From Acidimicrobiales bacterium (lineage in GTDB: Bacteria; Actinomycetota; Acidimicrobiia; Acidimicrobiales; VFJN01), in NCBI GenBank assembly GCA_035697145.1, contig DASSDL010000149.1, forward strand, positions 2,008 through 66,007: 64,000 nt of DNA, read 5' to 3'. The notes beneath the pieces are model-generated. The model saw only the letters and a program-made list of their open reading frames with translations. It ran no database searches and was not told the DNA's origin. The first letter of the stretch is position 1. Every line of letters begins with the position of its first letter. The position numbers were made by a program, and so were the translations under genes. Shown here one piece after another: positions 58,755 through 64,000 of the stretch.

Positions 58755-59699
58755 ATGGCGACGCCCAGTCGTCCGACCGCGCAGACACCGGCTCGACGTA
58801 GGCCGCGGGCGGCCGAGGACGCAGCGGAGGCGACGCGGGAGGGCAGCGAGGTGCTCCTCCCCGAGCTGGTCGCCCACCTGCGCAAGAGCCGGGCCCAGCT
58901 GCGCGAGGAGTGGGCCCGGCGCATCACCGACGCTGGGCTGCTCACGGCGATGACCCCCGAGGAAATCTTCTCCGAGGCGACATCGGTCTACGACAACTAC
59001 GTCGAGGCGCTGGAGACGGGCAGCGTCGAGACCCTCGAGAACTACGCCCGCAGCCTGTCGGAGCGCATCATCCCCCGCGGCGTCGAGACCGACGAGGTGC
59101 TGGGCATCGTGCTCCTGTTGCGTGACGTGCTGGCCCGGTCGCTGTTCGAGAAGTATCAGTCCGACTTCGACCTGTTGAACCGCGTGCTCGACGCCTACGA
59201 GCCGGCGGCCAACCGCATCGCCAACACCGTGGGCGTCAGCTTCGTCCAGGAGCGCGAGCGCATCATCCGTCAGCAGCAGGAGGCGATCCGCGAGCTGTCC
59301 ACGCCGGTGCTCCAGGTGCGGCCACGCCTCGTGATCCTGCCCATCATCGGCGCGCTCGACAGCCAGCGGGCCCGCCAGCTCACCGAGCAACTGCTCCGGG
59401 CCATCCGCACCAATCGGGCCAAGGTGGTGGTCATCGACATCACCGGCGTCCCCGAGATCGACTCCACGGTGGCCAACCACATCGTGCAGACGGTCGACGC
59501 CTCGCGCCTGATGGGCGCGAGCGTGATCATCAGTGGCCTGTCGGCCGAGATCGCGCTGACGCTCGTGACCATCGGCGTCGAACTGTCCAAGGTCAACGCC
59601 GTCGGCGATCTGCAGGGGGGCATCGAAGCGGCCGAGCGCCTGCTCGGCTACGAGGTCTCGCAAACGGAGCCTCTCGAGCCTGTCGTCGAACTGCGCTAG
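58755..59699 (+). CDS. rsbR: stressosome sensor/scaffold protein RsbR-like (N-terminal non-haem-globin-like domain + STAS)
   Basis: ELSTPVLQVRPRLVILPIIGALDSQRARQLTEQLL...VVVIDITGVPEIDSTVANHIV is the RsbR STAS domain, with both conserved phospho-acceptor positions (ELS-T-P and the ID-S/T). GGGGAGG precedes the ATG. Confidence 0.8.
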   Translation: MATPSRPTAQTPARRRPRAAEDAAEATREGSEVLLPELVAHLRKSRAQLREEWARRITDAGLLTAMTPEEIFSEATSVYDNYVEALETGSVETLENYARSLSERIIPRGVETDEVLGIVLLLRDVLARSLFEKYQSDFDLLNRVLDAYEPAANRIANTVGVSFVQERERIIRQQQEAIRELSTPVLQVRPRLVILPIIGALDSQRARQLTEQLLRAIRTNRAKVVVIDITGVPEIDSTVANHIVQTVDASRLMGASVIISGLSAEIALTLVTIGVELSKVNAVGDLQGGIEAAERLLGYEVSQTEPLEPVVELR

Positions 59700-59707
59700 C
59701 CATTCCG

Positions 59708-60067
59708 ATGGCAGTCCCCATCCTGCGGCAGGGCGAGTACCTGATCGCCACGGTCCAGTCTGCGATGACCGACACCGAGGCACTGCGGCTCCGCGACGAC
59801 CTCGTCCGGCAAGTGGGGCAGTACCGCGCGCGGGGCATCATCGTCGACCTCACGGCGCTCGACCTCATGGACTCGTTCGCGGCACGCTCACTGCGCACCA
59901 TCGCTCACATGACGCGCCTGCGGGGGGCGGACACTGTGGTGGTCGGCGTGCAGCCCGAGGTGGCGTTCGCCATGGTCCAGCTCGGCTTGACGTTCGAGGA
60001 CGTCTACACGGCGCTCGACCTCGAGGAGGGGCTGCGCTTCCTCGACGCCCGGACCGGGAAGGAATGA
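59708..60067 (+). CDS. rsbS: stressosome STAS protein RsbS-like
   Basis: 119 aa. VPILRQGEYLIATVQSAMTD...GIIVDLTALDLMDSFAARSL carries the conserved DS phospho-serine context. Confidence 0.8.
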   Translation: MAVPILRQGEYLIATVQSAMTDTEALRLRDDLVRQVGQYRARGIIVDLTALDLMDSFAARSLRTIAHMTRLRGADTVVVGVQPEVAFAMVQLGLTFEDVYTALDLEEGLRFLDARTGKE

Positions 60068-60477
60068 GGATGCCGCTGGAGGGCCCACTGCGGGTCCCCA
60101 TCGCCGCAGACGTCGACATCGTCACGGCGCGCCAGGAGGGACGCGACCTGGCCGAGCAGATGGGCTGCTCCAGCATCGAGTCGACGATGATCGCCACCGC
60201 CATATCCGAGATCGCCCGCAACATCATGAGCCATGCCGGGCGGGGTGAGATCGCCATCTGCGCAGTCGCGATCGACGGGCGCAACGCCATAGAGGTGGTC
60301 GCCAGCGACGAGGGCCCGGGAATCGCCGACATCGAACGCGCCATGCAGGACGGCTACTCCACGGGCGTGGGGCTCGGCCTCGGCCTCCCGGGCGCGGGGC
60401 GATTGATGGACCACTTCGAGGTTCGGTCCGAGATCGGTGTGGGTACCACGGTTGTCATGCGAAAGTGGTGCCCATAG
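60064..60477 (+). CDS. rsbT: RsbT-like serine kinase (GHKL ATPase, anti-sigma-regulatory-factor type)
   Basis: 137 aa. ISEIARNIMSHAGRGEI...VVASDEGPGI...GYSTGVGLGLGLPGAGRLMD contains the N-box and G-boxes. The ATG overlaps the rsbS stop (ATGA). Confidence 0.8.
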   Translation: MRMPLEGPLRVPIAADVDIVTARQEGRDLAEQMGCSSIESTMIATAISEIARNIMSHAGRGEIAICAVAIDGRNAIEVVASDEGPGIADIERAMQDGYSTGVGLGLGLPGAGRLMDHFEVRSEIGVGTTVVMRKWCP

Positions 60478-60527
60478 TGGGTGAGCGCCGGCTTCGGCCC
60501 CATGCCGGGGGCGTGGGGGAATCCCGG

Positions 60528-61133
60528 ATGACCAGCCTGGCCTGCCTCGACTGGGCGGTGTCGGGACGGCCGCTCCCGGGCGAGGAGGTGTCCGGCGACC
60601 TCGCCGCCTGCATGCCGGTGGGCGACGGCGCGCTGCTGGCCGCCATCGACGGGCTGGGACACGGCGCCGAGGCGGCGGAAGCCGCCGAGATCGCCCGCGA
60701 CACCATCGCCGCGCACAGCAGCGAGATGCTCGCCAGCCTGCTGCGCCTCTGTCACGTCGGCCTGGCCCGCACGCGCGGCGCGGCCATCACCCTGGTCCGC
60801 GTCCAGTGCGGGGCGGGCATGCTGCAATGGGTCGGCGTGGGCAATGTCGAGGCCCACCTCGTACGGCGCACCGAGAGCGGCCACGGCTCGATGGTCGCCA
60901 GCGCAGTGCTGTTCGGGGGGACGGTCGGCTACCGGCTGCCTCGTCTGCGCGATTCGGTCGTCGAGTTGCGGCCCAACGACCTGGTGATCATGGCCACCGA
61001 CGGCGTCAGGCAGGATTTCCTCCCCGAGGTTGCTACCGGTCAACCCGTCGACCGGATCGCCACCAGCATCCTCGAAAGGCACGCCCGGGCGTCCGACGAC
61101 GCCCTGGTGGCCGTGGCCCGTGTGCGAGAGTGA
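60528..61133 (+). CDS. rsbX: single-domain PP2C/SpoIIE-type phosphatase (RsbX-like feedback phosphatase)
   Basis: About 201 aa. GEEVSGDLAA...AAIDGLGHG.EA...MATDGV carries PP2C metal-binding Asp motifs. It sits directly after rsbT. The start is uncertain (60465, 60477 or 60528). Confidence 0.6.
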   Translation: MTSLACLDWAVSGRPLPGEEVSGDLAACMPVGDGALLAAIDGLGHGAEAAEAAEIARDTIAAHSSEMLASLLRLCHVGLARTRGAAITLVRVQCGAGMLQWVGVGNVEAHLVRRTESGHGSMVASAVLFGGTVGYRLPRLRDSVVELRPNDLVIMATDGVRQDFLPEVATGQPVDRIATSILERHARASDDALVAVARVRE

Positions 61134-61169
61134 CGCTTGTCCGCGACGCACGCTGATGGACGGCCGACG

Positions 61170-62180
61170 ATGAGGACCGATCGCGACCGGTTGGCCGACG
61201 GGTACCGGGCAGCGCTGCGCCATTACCTCGATGCGCGCGACGAGTCGGGTCGCAGCCGGGCCTACGAGCTCGGCCACTCGGCAGTGGAGGCGGAGATCGG
61301 CCTGCTCGAGCTGGCGACCATCCACAGCGAGGCGGTCACCGACCTGCTGGCCGACAGGTACGAGGGCGAGACCGTAGCGGCGTGCATGGAGTTCTTTGTC
61401 GAAAGCCTGTCCACCTTCGACATGGCCCAGCGCGGCTTCTGGGAGGCGCAGGCACGGGCGGCCCGCGAGCACGCCATCTCGCTGAGCCTGCAGCGCAGCC
61501 TGCTGCCCGCGGCGGTGCCATCATTCGACCGCCTCGACGTGGCCGTGCGCTACCTGCCGGCCGGCGTCGGCACCGAGGTGGGCGGCGATTGGTACGACGT
61601 GATCGAGTTGGCCCGCGATCGCGTGGGTCTGGTGATCGGCGACGTGATGGGCCACGGTGTCCGCCAGGCGGCGGTGATGGGCCAGCTCCGGCTGGGGACC
61701 CGGGCGTACGCAGTGGAGGATGGTCCGCTCGACGAGGTGGTCAGGCGGGTCGACGTGTTGCTGCAGAACCTCGGGGACCTCCATACCGCCACGTTGGTGC
61801 TCGCCGTCATCGACCTCGACGCCTCGACGCTGGAACTGGTCAACGCCGGCCATCCACCCCCGATCGTCATCGATCCCGACGGCGCGACACATCTCCTGAC
61901 CGAGGGACACAGCCGCCTGCTGGGCGTCGCTCCGCCCGAGGGCGCACGCGGCCTACTGGCCCCGGCGCCGCTGGAGGTCGGCACCGCCCTCCTGCTCTAC
62001 ACCGATGGCCTGCTCGAGCAGCAGGAGCGTGAGGGCCATGACGGATTGACACTGTTGCGCAAGTCCGTCGAGGGCTTCACCGGCGGTGCCAACGAGTTGT
62101 GCGAGCGGGTCACCGACGCGCTCGTGGACGGCCCGGCCGGCGACGACATCTGCCTGCTGGCGACGCGCATAGACGCCTGA
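61170..62180 (+). CDS. rsbU: RsbU-like PP2C phosphatase with RsbU_N partner-binding domain
   Basis: The N-terminal helical YRAALRHYLDARDESGRSRAYELGHSAVEAEIGLLELATIH is RsbU_N-like. The SpoIIE/PP2C domain follows (EVGGDWYDV...GDVMGHG...LYTDGL). TTG 61137 is an alternative start. Confidence 0.75.
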   Translation: MRTDRDRLADGYRAALRHYLDARDESGRSRAYELGHSAVEAEIGLLELATIHSEAVTDLLADRYEGETVAACMEFFVESLSTFDMAQRGFWEAQARAAREHAISLSLQRSLLPAAVPSFDRLDVAVRYLPAGVGTEVGGDWYDVIELARDRVGLVIGDVMGHGVRQAAVMGQLRLGTRAYAVEDGPLDEVVRRVDVLLQNLGDLHTATLVLAVIDLDASTLELVNAGHPPPIVIDPDGATHLLTEGHSRLLGVAPPEGARGLLAPAPLEVGTALLLYTDGLLEQQEREGHDGLTLLRKSVEGFTGGANELCERVTDALVDGPAGDDICLLATRIDA

Positions 62181-62278
62181 CGGCGGTCAGCTGCGCCGGC
62201 GGCCACGCGCGGGACGCGGATGTCTCGCTCGCCTTCCGCCGCCCCGGAGATCAGCCGGGTGCGAGGTCGGACGACGTG

Positions 62279-62617
62279 CTACGAGTCTTCGACCAGCAGG
62301 TCGGACAGACCGGTGATCTCGATGAGCCGCTCCACGCTGCCCGAGACGACGGTCACGCCGAAGGTAGCCCCGGCCTCCTCGGCCGCCGCACGGGCCATGA
62401 GCACCGCCCGGAGCCCCGCCGAGTCGGCGAAGCTCAGCCCGCCGGCATCCACCTCGACACGGGTCACCTTCTGTTCGAGCAGGACCGACACCGCCGTGGT
62501 CAGCTCATCGGCGGTATGAAGGTCGAGCTCGCCGACCAAGGCGACGACGCCTCGGGCGCCCTCACGACGGGTGGAAACGGAGAAGCCCTCGGCGTCCCGA
62601 TCATCCGCTGTCGTCAT
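62279..62617 (-). CDS. rsbV: STAS-domain anti-sigma-factor antagonist (RsbV/SpoIIAA-like)
   Basis: VVALVGELDLHTADEL...VEVDAGGLSFADSAGLRAVL carries the conserved DSAG phospho-serine. GGAGG precedes ATG 62617. Confidence 0.8.
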   Translation of the reverse strand: MTTADDRDAEGFSVSTRREGARGVVALVGELDLHTADELTTAVSVLLEQKVTRVEVDAGGLSFADSAGLRAVLMARAAAEEAGATFGVTVVSGSVERLIEITGLSDLLVEDS

Positions 62618-62645
62618 GTCCACCTCCGCGAGCTACGCCGGACAC

Positions 62646-62672
62646 ATTTCCCCCCGGCGGGCCGCCGAAACC
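62646..62672 (-). promoter_or_regulatory. candidate SigB/SigF-class promoter upstream of the rsbV-like gene
   Basis: Minus strand: GGTTTC (plus 62667-62672), spacer, then GGGAAAT (plus 62646-62652). The spacer is about 13 nt between GTTTCG and GGGAAA, and the motif lies about 29 nt upstream of ATG 62617. It resembles the GTTT-N(12-17)-GGG(T/A)A(T/A) general-stress sigma consensus. Confidence 0.35.
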
Positions 62673-62809
62673 GGCGCATCGATCCCCGGCTGACAGGGAA
62701 TGATTTGTGCAGGGGCCGATGTGATCGTATTGGTGCTGGTGGTGGTGTTCGTCGCACTGACGGTCACGACCGATTATTCGGACCGACCAGACAGCCCCGG
62801 GAGGTGGCC

Positions 62810-63004
62810 GTGGCCGAACAGACACCGATCCCCGACGATGAGCGGCCGGTCGTGGAGATCGGCCCGGTCGCCCCTAGTGGCGAGCCCATACCCGACGACG
62901 AACGCCCGGTGCCCGACAGGGGTGCCGACGCCGTACCGGGCGCCACGCCCCTACCCGACGACGAACGACCCGTGCCCGACGATGAGGATCTCGAAAACTG
63001 GTGA
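62810..63004 (+). CDS. 64-aa acidic proline-rich protein made of three roughly 21-aa repeats (P-I/L-P-D-D-E-R-P-V...), function unknown
   Basis: GGGAGG (62798-62803) is followed by GTG 62810. The product is VAEQT-PIPDDERPVVEIGPVAPSGE-PIPDDERPVPDRGADAVPGAT-PLPDDERPVPDDEDLENW. Third-position GC is about 75%. It is only visible as the tail of the junk ORF 62099..63004. Confidence 0.55.
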   Translation: MAEQTPIPDDERPVVEIGPVAPSGEPIPDDERPVPDRGADAVPGATPLPDDERPVPDDEDLENW

Positions 63005-63082
63005 CGGGCGATCGCGCACGTTCTAACGCTCGAACCTGGGGTTTCCTGTTAGCTCCGGCGTCCGGGGGATAGGGGAGGGTCG

Positions 63083-63460
63083 ATGCAGGCCTACGCCCGC
63101 TTCAGCCGTACCAGCGACCAGATACCGGAGGCCCGGGCGTTCGTGCGGGAGACGCTGTTCCGGTGGGGCGAAACCTCCGTCGTCGACAACGCTCTTCTCG
63201 TCACCAGCGAACTGTGCACCAACGCCGTCCTGCACGGGTCGGGGCGGATCGACATCTTTGTAACGCTGGACTCGGACGCGCTGCGGATTGCGGTGGTGGA
63301 CGACGGGCGCCGGACGCCGGAACGGTGGCCCAAGCAGGTCGCGACCCCTACCCTCGGGGGCCGGGGTCTGCGCATCGTCGATGCACTTGCGTCCACCTGG
63401 GGGAACAACTTCGACCCGACCGGCCGCACCCGGGTATGGGCCGAGATGCCGCGCGAATGA
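63083..63460 (+). CDS. RsbW/SpoIIAB-like anti-sigma-factor-type serine kinase (HATPase_c_2)
   Basis: 125 aa. ARAFVRETLFRWG...LLVTSELCTNAVLHG...LRIAVVDDG...GGRGLRIVDALAS. GGGGAGGG precedes the ATG. Confidence 0.75.
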   Translation: MQAYARFSRTSDQIPEARAFVRETLFRWGETSVVDNALLVTSELCTNAVLHGSGRIDIFVTLDSDALRIAVVDDGRRTPERWPKQVATPTLGGRGLRIVDALASTWGNNFDPTGRTRVWAEMPRE

Positions 63461-63496
63461 ACCGGGGACGCTCCTCACCGGTTCGGCACACGGGGC

Positions 63497-64000
63497 TCAG
63501 TCGAGCGGGGGGACGCGATAGCCGACACCGCAGGCGTCGGCCAGCAGGCCCGCGGCGACGATGGCCTCCCGGTCGTGGTACCAGGGAGCCACCACCTGGA
63601 GGCCCACGGGCATGCCGGTGGTGGCGGTGAACCCGATCGGGGGCACGGCGGACGGCAAGCCCATGATGCCGACGAGCCCGGTCCAGCTGATCAGGGACGG
63701 GTAAGGATGGTCCACGCCGTCGATGTCGACGGTCCGGTCGATGAAGTCCCCCTGCTGGTTGTGCGGAAAGGCTTCGACGGGGATCACCGGGCACAGCAAG
63801 AGGTCGTAGCTGTCGAACCAGTCGGCCCAGGCTCGGCGCAACCCGGCCCGTCGGTCGAGGGCGTGGAGCCAATTCAGGTGCCCACCCGCCACCACCTCGC
63901 CCAGTGCGGGGTCCATGCCGGGGCTGACCGCGGCCCCGACGGCCTCCATGAACAGCGTCACCTGCTCGTCGAAGGCGACGCCTGGGTGTGCCTCCTCCAC
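63497..64000 (-). CDS. amidase-signature family protein, C-terminal part (gene starts beyond the window end)
   Basis: The ORF is open to the window edge. The tail ...GLPSAVPPIGFTATTGMPVGLQVVAPWYHDREAIVAAGLLADACG resembles amidase-family C-termini. Confidence 0.55.
   Translation of the reverse strand: MEEAHPGVAFDEQVTLFMEAVGAAVSPGMDPALGEVVAGGHLNWLHALDRRAGLRRAWADWFDSYDLLLCPVIPVEAFPHNQQGDFIDRTVDIDGVDHPYPSLISWTGLVGIMGLPSAVPPIGFTATTGMPVGLQVVAPWYHDREAIVAAGLLADACGVGYRVPPLD

Noticed and set aside
63035-63080. A second GGTTTC...GGGGGATA motif upstream of the RsbW-like gene, as another SigB-type promoter.
   Set aside because: The spacer is about 19 nt, which is too long. The -10-like element also abuts the Shine-Dalgarno sequence, so a transcript starting there would lack the ribosome-binding site.

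Overview
High-GC (roughly 70% by eye) chromosomal segment of actinobacterial type. It is densely packed with about 65 protein genes on both strands, several joined by 4-nt start/stop overlaps (GTGA or ATGA). Most of the content is housekeeping:
- Branched-chain amino acid genes: ilvB (partial, with a candidate leader-peptide attenuator), ilvD and ilvA.
- A block in mycobacteria-like order: gatCAB, ligA, a MetE-like protein, and cysteine desulfurase-mnmA.
- murJ, a PASTA Ser/Thr kinase, rsmI, ychF, galT, pepN, map, prolyl oligopeptidase, an adenosine kinase-like PfkB kinase, and transporters (MATE, MFS).
- Several redox enzymes (ferredoxin plus reductase, nitroreductase, PPOX-type, CrtI-like) and a TetR/hydrolase divergent pair.

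Accessory or less ordinary content:
- A RES-Xre type II toxin-antitoxin pair.
- A complete stressosome-type partner-switching cluster (RsbR-S-T-X-U, RsbV-like, RsbW-like kinase) with no sigma factor gene visible in the window.
- Inside that cluster, an unlisted 64-aa ORF built from three proline/acidic repeats.
- A BNR-repeat protein translationally coupled to a MoaD/ThiS-like GG protein.
- An unlisted 28-aa ORF resembling ribosomal protein bL37.
- Two lower-GC patches with orphan genes.
- Three intergenic copies of a roughly 99-nt compound inverted-repeat element.

I recognised no rRNA, tRNA, CRISPR array, transposase or integrase. Most very long ORFs in the track are antisense GC-bias artefacts. 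All functional calls rest on motif-level reading of the translations; no database search was run. I see no clear-cut new multi-gene system. The small repeat protein in the stressosome cluster and the interspersed repeat family are the best candidates for something undescribed.
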